Shown: positions 12,301-23,480 of the stretch, one piece after another | Layout of the letters: each line of letters begins with the position of its first letter | Position numbering within the stretch: position 1 is the first letter of the stretch | DNA from: Selaginella moellendorffii | Taxonomy: Eukaryota; Plantae; Lycopodiophyta | Direction of reading: 5' to 3' | Length of the DNA: 64,000 nucleotides | NCBI RefSeq assembly: GCF_000143415.4 | Contig: NW_003314274.1 | Span: 438,806 to 502,805 of the forward strand | Translations under genes and position numbers: made by a program | Notes under the pieces: generated by a model | The model's database searches: none | Told to the model about the DNA's origin: nothing | The model's input: the letters and a program-made list of their open reading frames with translations, nothing else

Positions 12301-14102
12301 CCCGCTAGATCACTAAAGGTACTTCTTCCATTCCTGTCTTTTTGTCACTCTTCACCGAGAGTAAGCACAAAAAGGCCACCTTAGTTCCTTTAGTGAGTTG
12401 TCCTCTCGTGGACACCAGATTTAAGCAAGAATCTTTGGCCTTGCTTTGCCCTACCTTTAGATCTTGGGCTTCCACCCTAGATCTTCTTCCTTGGGCATTC
12501 GCCAGTACCACAAGGTTTCTACCTTGACCATGCAGGGCCACCACGAATCGATTGAACCAGTCCATTCCGAAGATCACGTCAAATCCCGCCATGTCCAACA
12601 CGGTGAAATCCATGTCCACCTTCCAAGTCTCCACTTCGACTCTCGCTTGTCGAAGTACCTCATCGGTGCTTTGGCTACCTTGAACAAACTCTATAGTCCT
12701 TGGTTTGCCTAGCCGCTACACCATTAGTCCAGCTTGCCGGACTATGTTTGCAGCCACAAAATTATCCGAAGCACCCGTGTCAATAAGGATCTTAACAAAG
12801 CTACCTCTGAGCTTCCCTCGGAGGGCTAGTAGATGTCGCGAACGACTCTCTACCAAAGTTGCTCGTGTAATGAGACTTTGAGTTAGGGACTGGATCACAT
12901 ACCTCCGTTTGGACTTCACCCGATTTGATGGCCATATTGGCTCTGGCCTTCTTCGGGTAGGGACATTCCCTCGAGAAGTGTCCCGCTTCACCGCAGTTGT
13001 AGCATACGTTGTTTCCCATGCTGCTATACGACTTGACCTTCTTATCCGTGGGTTTGTCTCTTTTCGCTTGACTCCCCCACGTACTCGCTCGCTGGCCACC
13101 GGATTTGCCTTTCCGGAACCCCGAGGACTCATTCTTAGAGAAACTCCTCTTGAATTTCCCTCTGCTAAACGTTCCCCTTGGTTTGGCCCCTTTGCTAAAC
13201 GTGGATCCCGACCCCGTCGTGTTCCCTTTTCGCAGGTTATCGTTGAAATGCACCTTGATGGCCGCATCCAACGCTTCCTTGTAGTTGGTCGGGTTCCACC
13301 GCATTACTTCGCCGCGAGCCCAGGTTTGCAAACTTGATATGAAGGCATGGAACGCATCCATATCCCCTATGTCCGTGACAAGTATCCTCTTTGCCATAAA
13401 CCCATTCACATACTCCTGAATGGTTCCGGTCTGCTTCAGCCTACTCAGCTCGTCCCTTAGGTGCAGCATAGCATTCGGAGGAACGTAAGTTGCGCGGATC
13501 CTCACCTTCATCATTTCCCAAGTGGCCACCGGTCCTTCGTTGGCCTCCGTTGTTCTCCACCAAGATTTGGCGTTATCTGCCAAGTATGGTTTTGCACATG
13601 GGACCTTCTCCGAGCTCGGTAATCGCAACGCTCGGAAGTAGTCCTCCATATCGTAAAACCAATCCTCCACCACCTTATAGTCGTTCACTCCCTTGAAGAC
13701 CGGTGGGGGCTTCGGTTTGTACTTGGGAACTGCCTGGGGGACTGATTCCACTTCGGTCTGTTCGACCTTGTCTGGTTTTGCCTCAGTCCCTGCCGAAGGG
13801 TCCGCACCTTCTGCGCTGCCAGCATCCGCAGTCTTTCGCTTTTTCTTTCGCTTCTCGTCACGCTTTAGCTTGCGTACGAGAGTCTCTAGCAGGGCATTGG
13901 TCTGTGCCAATTGTCCTTCTAGAACGTCCAATCGAGCCTTGGACGACCGAACCTCACCACCGGACTCCTGTTTGGAAGTTGCCTCACTGGAGTCCTCCTC
14001 ATGCAACGATTCCTCATCCATAGCCTCTTGTTCGACCGGAGGCTCCAGCTCTGGAGGAGGTTCCGTCTCCGCCTGGGTTCGCTTACGTCCTGCCCTTGCC
14101 AT
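9339..14102 (-). pseudogene. gag-pol of the minus-strand copy (same domains, same introns)
   Basis: Near-identical reverse complement of 2051-6818. Frameshift near 12870. Same three TAG stops plus extra ones. Confidence 0.93.
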
Positions 14103-15326
14103 CTCCCAGCAATCTGCCTCTATCCTTCGCTAGAACTGAGGAAGAGGCTCCGATACCAAATTGTAAGCCACAATTTTTCCTTTCCAATTTGCCAGCTTAC
14201 CTCGTCTATCCGACCAACTCTGCCTTGGCTTGTGCTAAGTTCCCTCGCCAAGGTTCTCGCCTATGGTACCAGCTCCTACTTGGTCCTACTTGGTTTCAGC
14301 TACTCACTGCACGAGCAACGGAGTGTTAGCCATCCATCTACGGATTCCCACATCTCTCCCAATCCCCCTCCCCGGGTTAGACTGGACTTAAGGTTCGGCT
14401 ACACTCCCCGCAGGCACAAGCAGCCAAGCACACCAAGCCTCCAGGTTCCTAACACCCCTTGGTACCACAAGACTTGATCATGGGACCCTCTAAATCCCAA
14501 GCCTTGGGTGCAGCACTTGCTTCGGGACGTCGGGGTGAAACACAGTGGCCTAACAGCCCGGGATGGGTACCTCTACCCCCCCCTCTTCCATCCCGAAGGG
14601 AAGGCCCAAGCCCCCGGAAGGGCGAGGACCAATGAGCCACAAGGTACTCAAGTGGGGCACCACTCCACCTGAGCCGGGAGCACCGCAGTTAGTTTCCCTT
14701 TCGGGAGTGGGAGCTGCTCTTGAGCACTTCCTTGGATGGCCCCTCTGGCACCAGCCAAGTCCATGCTCACTCCCACCCAAGGCCCCTCGGTCCCAGTCTC
14801 AACCTCAAGTCGGTTTGGAAGCCCAACTGGAGAGTCCCTTCAAAACTGGTTCCTGGACCTCACTATCCCTACTATACTTTTGGAACCCCCTGCAGCCCCC
14901 CCCCCCCCTGGGAGACGCACGCTTTGGGCTTTCACCCCTTGACCCGTATTAGTATTTGGACTTAGTCTCTGGCTCGATCTCGGACCCAATTTCGGATCCG
15001 ACTTCGGATTCGGTCTCGGACTCGATCTCGGACTTGATCTCGGACCCGATCTCGGACCCGACCTCGGACTCGACCTCGGACTCGGTCTCGGACCCGATTT
15101 CGGATCTCGGACTCCGTCTCGAACTCGGTCTCGAACTCGGACTCGAACTCGGTCCCCGAGTCGGTCTCGGACTCGATTCCGGACTCTATCTCGAACTTGG
15201 TCCTAGAGTCGGTCTTGGACTTGATCCTCGACTTGGTCCCATCTGATGAACTCTTTGTCATTTCGGTCAAGCTTTTGGGGATCCTTTAGCCTACGACATC
15301 TCGGGGAGTCAGTTCCTTACAGCCAC

Positions 15327-16423
15327 GTGTGGATGATATCCTGGACAAGCTTGGTGAAGCACGAGTGTTTACCAAGATTGATCTAAGGAGTGGATATCAT
15401 CAGATTGCAATGGATGATGCATCTATCTCCAAGACGGCATTCAACACAAGCTTCGGACATTTTGAGTTTACCGTTATGCCGTTTGGTTTGACGAATGCAC
15501 CGGCCACATTTACTCGGTTGATGACGGAGGTATTTGGGCATTACCTTCATGAGTTTGTGGAGATTTTCTTGGACGATATTCTTGTTTTTAGCAAGAATAT
15601 GGAGGAGCATAGGGTGCATTTGCACAAGGTTGCGCAAGGGCAAACTGAGCGTGTGAATCAGGTGGTGGAGGATATGCTACATTGTAGCATTGGTCAAAGG
15701 CAAGGACAGTGGGATCTATATCTTCCGTTGGTGCAATTTGCTTACAACAATAGCCAACACAGTGGAACCAAGCTAAGTCCTTACTTTGCCATGTTTGGAA
15801 GGCATCCTCGAATAGCGGTGGAGTTGGGATTGCATTTGAGTAAGGACGTTCAAGATAAGCTTGATTCCGAGGCAACTGATCTGGCCACAGAATTTGATGA
15901 GATTCTGGTGGTGTGCAAACGGAATTTGCAAGCAGCTCATGATAGAGCAGAGAAGTTTGCCAATGAGCATCGCCAATTCCGGGAATATAAGGTGGGTGAT
16001 CTCGTCTTTGTGCGAGTGATCTTTCCGTCAAGTGAGCGGCGGAACACCTTGGTGCCTTTACGGACAGGGAAGAGTGATAAACTCTCCTATCGATATGCTG
16101 GTTCATATGAAGTGCTGGAGCACATTGGTAAAGCGGCTTATCGGGTGCGGCTGCTAGCTAGGGTGAAAATTCATCCGGTATTTTATGTCAGCCAGTTGAA
16201 AGGTGTACTATCTTGGAGTGACGAGCCCAATGCCTCCTTGATGTATACGGCTATGGAAGATGGACCAGGAGCTTGAGCAGGATTCCCCAGAAAGGGTGAT
16301 CACCAATACAACTCGTCCTTGGGACAAGGACTTTGTTGGGGGGGAAGAATTGTTAGGCGCCAGCTTTGACTACATGGTCAACGTCGGTCAAAGGGAGGCT
16401 CAAGGGTATATTAAGGCATGTTA
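15327..16423 (+). mobile_element. Host gypsy element 3' part: RT joined by deletion to integrase C-terminus, PPT, 73-bp truncated LTR
   Basis: FLDD, then a jump at ~15635 to GQTERVNQ..YNNSQH..KLSYRYAGSY..IHPVF. PPT GGGGGGAAGAAT, then TGTTAGGCGCC at 16351 matching the revcomp of the LTR end at 19857. Confidence 0.88.
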
Positions 16424-18165
16424 AAGATGTGTGGTTTGGCGAGGGCGTTCAACCACCAGTTGTTATGCTCTCTGCTACATCTTTGAAGCGGGCTTGTCGT
16501 AATGGAAAAACACTTTCAAGTTACTTGCTGTTTGTTCGTGACTTGGGGGACCAAGACACGTGTGGGGGAGAAGCAGCAGTATGGGATGTACTTGACGAGT
16601 TTTCTGATGTTTTTCCATCTGAACTTCTTCATGGATTACCTCCGTTACGAGGTGTGGAGCATGGGATTACATTGGAGCCAGGGACGCAGCCAATTTACCG
16701 GCGTCCATTTCGGTTAAGTTATGCAGAGGAGCAAAAAGTTCAATGACAAGTCAAGGAGTTACTTGAGTTTGGATTTATTCAGCCAAGTAAATCTCCGTTT
16801 GGTGCTCCGGTCTTGCTTGTGAAGAAGAAGGACGGTTCAATGCGGATGTGTATTGACTACCGTGCTTTAAACAAGAAGACAGTGAAGGACAAGATGCCGA
16901 TGCCACGTGTGGATGATATCCTGGACAAGCTTGGTGAAGCACGAGTGTTTACCAAGATTGATCTGAGGAGTGGATATCATCAGATTGCAATGGATGATGC
17001 ATCTATCTCCAAGACGGCATTCAACACAAGCTTCGGACATTTTGAGTTTACCGTTATGCCGTTTGGTTTGACAAATGCACCGGCCACATTTACTCGGTTG
17101 ATGAAGGAGGTATTTGGGCATTATCTTCATGAGTTTGTGGAGATTTTCTTGAACGATATTCTTGTTTTTAGCAAAAATATGGAGGAGCATAGGGTGCATT
17201 TGCGCAAGGTTCTTTTGTTACTTCGAGACAGCAAACTTTATGCGAAGAAGAGCAAATGTGAATTTGCAAAGTCGGAGGTGGAATATCTAGGCCATATTGT
17301 GAAATCTAAGGGTGTCAAGATGGATCCAAGGAAGGTGGCTGTGGTGGAAAACTGGCCTACACCGACTACAGTGGCTGAGTTGCGCAGTTTTCTTGGTATG
17401 GCTAGTTACTACTGACGTTTTCAGCATAAGTTTGCAGCGGTGGCTATTCCTTTGACACAGTTACATAAGAATGTGCCCTTCGAGTGGAAGACGCCACAAG
17501 AGGAGAGTTTTGTGGTGCTGAAACGATTGTTGAGCGAAGCTCCAGTGCTTCGCATTGCTGATCCATTGAAACCTTACGAGGTGACATGTGATGCGAGTGG
17601 TTATGCACTGGGAGGAGTTCTCATGCAAGAGGGACAACCTATTGCATATGAGAGTCAAACTTTGAATTCCGCTGAGCAACGCTATTCCACATATGAGCAA
17701 GAGTTACTCTCTATTGTTCATGCTTTGCAGACGTGGCGACACTATCTTTATGGTGTAGTGTTCGTGGTGTTGACAAATCACAAACCACTTGTGTATCTTT
17801 TCACACAAAAGGAGTTGAACACTAGGCAAGCTCGTTGGATGGTCAAACTCATGGAGTTTGGGGAGTTTCCTATTGAGAATCGTCCGGGAAAATCAAATGT
17901 GGTGGCGGATGCTTTATCTCGTGTTCGTCATGTGACGATGTTACGAACACGATTTTGTCATCATTTGAGTAAGGTGGTCAGCGAGTTTGGGCAATTGGTT
18001 GAGCATGCTCAAGCTCAGGATGCTGAGGTGGCCTCTTTGCGAGACTAGATGGAAGCTCCTTTCTCATTGGTGGATGGGATTCTCTACTACAATGGCCGTG
18101 TATATTTGCCACGGGTGGATGTGTTAATTACTCAAGTTTTATTCCACTATCATGATCATCCAGAG
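16424..18165 (+). pseudogene. Host gypsy pol segment (RT, RNase H, integrase N-terminus) with stops
   Basis: [38 protein letters not shown]; stops at 16744, 17413, 18046. Confidence 0.9.
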
Positions 18166-19857
18166 GCCTTCACCAACCATGGCATCCCAAGAATGAGATC
18201 CACACGATGAATATCCGCGAGATAAAAAGTCTCCACAAGTGTGGTTTTGCCAACCAACACTTCCAGCCCCTTGACACAAGCATCGAAATGTTGAGTAGAG
18301 GTGGCTGCACCTTCCACTGTATATGGAAGAACTCCGCGTGTGACCAGGCTATGCTCCGCAACAAACTTTGCCGAAACAAAGTTGTCATCGCTCCCACTAT
18401 CCAGTAAAATCCGCACTGGATCGCCACAGAACACGCCCTCCAGCATTAAAGCTGATTCACGCGTATCCTCGAGCTCCATCTTGTTCCACACACAGTTGAG
18501 CTGATGAGCAACAATCGAAAGTCGCTTCTTCCAACCAAAATGGTTGTTCTCCTCATCCTCACGCTACAAAGTTTGCAACTTTTTAGTATCGGACTTACCG
18601 TGAGAAGAAAAGTGGCCATTCTTCTTGTCCTGCTGCTTGTTCTTTAACTGCGGATAATCAGCCTTGTAGTGTCCAAGTTCACCACAATGATGACAACCCT
18701 GTCTATAATTCTTCACAAAGAACTTCTGCTTCTTGGACCCCTTTGCATCTGAAGTAGTCACCACTGACTTCAACTTGTGATGCTTGTTCCCATCCTTGTG
18801 TCCACGGTGATCATCACAACGATTCTCGACAGAAGGACTCCGCGAACGCTTGCGAGACTTGTGCTTGTCATTGTCAAGTCGACGAGCTGCATCAAAGAGC
18901 TCCTCCAAACTCTTTGTAGGCTGAGAATGACGCAAGTGTTGCCGCATGCTCTCACTATGTAGGCCATCAATGAAGTAGGACTTGTTCTGATCTGGATCCT
19001 TCGTTGGAACACGACTAATCAAGCGAGTAAGCTTCTCAATATAGTCCCCGGCGTCATTTTCCCTTGCTGGAAATGTCGAAGTTCTGTACGAGCATTCTCC
19101 ATGTCGTAATGAGGGGAAAAACGTAAACGGAAAGCAACCTCAAACTCATCCATGGTAGACACTAGTGGTTTCTTATCCGCAACACGGGACTCCTCAAGCC
19201 AATTCCACCATCGAAGACCCGCATCACGCAAAACCATCGGAATAGCCACTAAAGCCTCTGCATCCGGAGTTCCCCTAGCAGCCAAGAACTTCTTCACATT
19301 GGCTAGCCAAGCGAGACACTCATCCACACCACCATCACCGGAAAAAGTTGGAATTTTGAGTCGATCTACCAAAGAAGGCTTACTTGGAGCGCTACCCCGT
19401 CCAGCCTCGAGTGCCTCAACATGCCCACGCATGGTATCCATCATGCCATGCATCTCGTCTTGCATCTCTTGCTGATTTTTATTAAGGGCTCGCAGCTCAT
19501 GAACCACATCTTGAATGGTCTAAATTTCCATAGCTTCGTCGGCACCATCGTCGGCACCACCATCGACAATAGGATTCCAGCGTTCAGCTTGGTCAGCCAT
19601 CGCAACCAATGTCTCTGATACCAATGTTATGATCCGGCGCAAAAAGACAAAGATTTAGTCGCCCTAGACTATGCTACGCCACCTCTTGAGGTTCCTCACC
19701 ACCCAACCACCCCCAAGCTACCTCAAAAGCTCCACTGCGCCGCCGCTCCACGGTGAGCCTTAAGGTAGGTTAAGTCCCCTACCCTAACATGCCTTAATAT
19801 ACCCTTGAGCCTCCCTTTGACCGACGTTGACCACGTAGTCAAAGCTGGCGCCTAACA
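18163..19857 (-). mobile_element. Host gypsy element 5' part: LTR (19625-19857), PBS, gag, protease (inverted relative to pol)
   Basis: 233-bp LTR TGTTAGG..CATAACA. PBS TGGTATCAGAG at 19613-19623. Gag with CHHCGELGH knuckle. Protease LLDSGS..DLILGMPWL. Confidence 0.9.
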
Positions 19858-20420
19858 CATGGCAACATGGACAAGGATGGTGGCATGACATAGAGACGTG
19901 GACGTGGACACAAAAGTTTGGCATGGATCTCAACAACATTTTCAACGCACTTAAAGAGGATCTTGAACAATGGTCGAACAAAGCAATGCACACATGGATA
20001 CATGCCAAAGAACACTGGACAAAATATCACCAGGAGATAAACCCAGATGAAATGTTCAGACTGAACATCTACAACAACCTTTCAACATGGAGCAGACGGT
20101 ACTGCACAGGAAACCACAGCCTCCTGATCAAACCCGGATGCCGCAGACAGGGAAAACCTCCACGACATCTCCAGATCTGCCTGGTCTGCAGAGAAGACAC
20201 AGAGACGGTCAGGCACACACTCAAGGCTTGCCCGTCCTATGCCAAATTCTGCTCCCCAGACATCAACTGGGATGCCAAAACATACATAATCCTCGCAAAC
20301 AAGGAGACAACCTCATCCCCTGCCAATTACCTGAAACGCATAGAGCTGCGATGGCAAATACATGTCACACATGCAATGGAGGCAGAGACCTTGAACGGCC
20401 AAGGAAAAGAAGACAGGTAG
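19858..20420 (+). mobile_element. Probable LINE ORF2 3' fragment (C-terminal CCHC zinc knuckle)
   Basis: CLVCREDTETVRHTLKACP matches the CX2CX8HX4C motif typical of non-LTR ORF2 ends; A/C-rich sense strand. Confidence 0.6.
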
Positions 20421-21031
20421 GCAGGGCCAGTGAGCGGGAGCACAACGACAATGAGGACGCCACCTATGCGAAAATGATAATCCAACTTGCATTTTTGCAT
20501 CCATCAGTCTCATGCTTCTAGTTGGGCATTATCAAAACAACATGTAGATAAACAGATAGATAGATAATTCTTCCATCTGATCCCACCAGGAGTCGTTCAT
20601 GCCTCCACAAGCATTTAATATAACAACACTTGACTGCTCCAATTAGTAATTTGTGCTGCAAGGCAATCACTGCAGAGCATGATGTGCCCAAGGGGCTGCT
20701 GCTGCCTGCAATGCAATCAGTTATATCAATTTTGCATGAATGTATGATTTGTAAGCAGGTAGGCTTTACAGACATGTAAAAATATATGTAAAAAGGTAAA
20801 TACTGTCTGTCTGGGATAGAAGATTCCCTGAAAATCAACACCAAGCATGAGATGTATCATGTATTCAAGAAGCCATTGAAGAAAGCTGCCACTAGCGCGT
20901 GAGTGATTGTTGAGAGATGTAGGCATAGTGCTCCAAGCTGTGTGAAAAGAAAAGATCTCCACTCCACTCAAATGTGGGCGCTGCCTTTTTAGTGCGATTG
21001 CTGCTGAACAGACCCAAAAGCAAAGCCAAAG

Positions 21032-22927
21032 ATGAAAATGGTTCTTCCATTGCTCCTTGCAGCATGTCTAGCAGTAGCAGCATCAGCAGCAGCACCTTCT
21101 TCTTCATTCCCAAATCATGGGAAGCAAATCTTAAGATTTGCCGAAGACAGCTTTTGCTCCACGCTGGTCCTGGTTCATGGCTATCCTTGCCAGGAGTTCA
21201 AAGTAAGCGATATGAAAATCTGGTAGAGAAAGAACTTGCGAGAACAAAAAGAAAGAAAACCTCTCTATTTCTTAGGTGACAACTCCAGATGGCTACATTC
21301 TGCGAGTTCATAGAATACCACACGGTGTGGCGGGAGTTTCCTCGCCATCGCCAAAGCCAGTGTTTCTCCAGCACGGTGTTCTTCAGGTATGTGTGAAAAG
21401 TAAAAGTAGAAAAAAGAGTGTGTGACTGTGGAGCAGGGAGGAGACGATTGGGTGTTTTATCCCCCGCGCAATTCTTTTGGGTTTGTTCTCGCGGACGAAG
21501 GCTTCGATGTGTGGATCGGGAATCTCCGGGGCACGCATTGGAGTCGCCAGCATGTCTCGTACTCCTCCGGCGACAAGGTAATGCCCGGAATCTATCGGTT
21601 CCGTGATAGAGATCTTTGTTTCTTGCGATTCATGATATTGTTCTTGAGTTTTCTTTGCGATTCGTGGTATTGTTCTTGAGATTTCACTCGAAGAGCTGGC
21701 TTTTGTTTGCGATTGTTTGTTCCCTCTTGGAGTTTCATTCCCATTTGTGGCCAAAGAATGAACTTTGTGACTCGATTTTTCTTTGCTCTTTTCTGCTAGG
21801 CGTACTGGGACTGGACTTGGGACGAGCATGCCCTGTACGATCTCCCAGCCATGCTCAACTTGGTTCATGAAAACACTGGCTCGGAGCTTTACTATGTCGG
21901 CCATTCTCAGGTAAAATAGTGGTGTGGTGCTCGAGAGAGATAAGAGCTGGTGGTGATTTCCCCAGGGAACGTTGATTGCTCTGGCAGCTTTCTCGGAGTC
22001 CAAGCTAATGAATGTCGTCAGGGCGGCGGTGTTACTCAGCCCCATTGCCTACCTCAAAGGCATGACTTCCACGCTTTCCAGGCTCGCTGCTCTACTCTAC
22101 ATGGACCAGGTGAGATTTTTTTTCTCTCGTTTCTTTCGTTTCTTCTTTTTTTCTCGCTCGATCGAGAAATCGCGGTCACAGGTCACTCACTACTCAATGC
22201 TGCTGTGATTTGCAGATCTACGACGACGTAGGCCTGTCACAATTCACTCTTGAAACGTAAACAAGGATTGATGGTTTCCTTCTCTTTGTTTGTTCTTTAA
22301 GTTTTGCTTGCTTTTTCAGTGGAATTGGTGCGTACCTTCTCAGGAATTTATGCTCGCTGGACCCCCGATGCGCAGACTTGCTGGTCCTCGTGACGGGTAA
22401 TTCTTGCAACTTCTTAAAAAGCTTACATGATTTCGCTTTCTGGACAGGCCGGAATTGCTGCTTCAACGCGAGCCTCACTTCTTACTACCGCCAGTTCGAG
22501 CCTCAAGGGTCTTCCACGAAAAACTTAGTTCACCTTGCTCAAAGTAAGCTCTTTGTTTTGTTTTTCCGATGCAATCTCGACGCTATTGATTTTTTTCTTC
22601 TTGTTTTCTTTCTTGGCAGTGGTGAGAACCGGTTTGTTTGCAAAGTTCGACTATGGTAGCAGCCTCGGGAACATCCGCGCCTACTCGCAAGTGGTTCCTC
22701 CGACGTACGAGCCAGCCAACATTCCCAAGAGTTTTCCAGTTTTCCTCGTGTATGGAGGCAAGGACACATTGTCTACGCCACAGGGCGTCCAGGAACTGGC
22801 CAAGCGCCTCGTTTGCACGCAGCAAACACTATTTCTTCCAAACTACGCTCACGCGGATTTTGTTGTAGGAACTCGAGCAAGGCAAGACGTGTTTGACCCG
22901 GTGATTAAATTTATCAAGGCAAACTAA
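21032..22927 (+). CDS. Triacylglycerol lipase (gastric/acid lipase family, LIP1/MPL1-like), multi-exon
   Basis: Signal peptide; [37 protein letters not shown]|G nucleophile motif split by an intron, YAHADF. Confidence 0.92.
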
Positions 22928-23480
22928 GTAAAGGTGTGGCAAATCTCTGATAAAATCAAGCCTTTTGTTTTTTGGTGATGTTCCTTCCAACAATGTAAAG
23001 CAGCGTAGACAACATTGTGGGAGCGTGTGATTGGCAGTGTCAAAATTTTTAACTCCTTTCTAGGTGGTGCGAAAGAATTTTTCCATGGATCTCCGTTCCT
23101 AGCCATTCAAGCACGAGAAGGCTATGTCTGATTAACGATAATCCCGAATTAATCAAACAAAAGTTAAAGATTCTCGGTGGCCAATGGGGGACCGCCTAGC
23201 TTCTTTCTCATAGGCATGCGCACCAAAAGCTTCAAAGTCTAATATAACTGTAATTAACCAAAGCCGTTGGCTGGACCGTTAGCCTATTGCAATGCCAGCC
23301 GTCGGATGCGACCTCGGTCATCCTCGAGGCCGTCGGATGTGATCTGGCCGTCCGTTCAAGTGACAGCCGTCAGGCGGGCTACAACCCAGATTAGGTTTTT
23401 CGGTGAGAGGGGAGAGGAATAAAGAAAGCGCCAGTGTTGTCTTGCCGGTCGCGGGGGGAGAGCTGGAAATTTCAGGCGCG

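Larger units (their letters stand above)
152..15321 (-). mobile_element. Ty3/gypsy chromovirus composite: outer minus-strand element with a nested antisense copy of the same family
   Basis: Termini TGTAAG..CTTACA. 5-bp TSD GCCAC at 147-151 and 15322-15326. 5' LTR 14162-15321 (~1160 bp). PBS (revcomp of TGGTATCGGAGC, tRNA-iMet type) at 14147-14158. Confidence 0.93.

Noticed and set aside
20518-20900. Minus-strand ORFs / gene fragment upstream of the lipase
   Set aside because: No recognisable domain and stops in the plausible frame.
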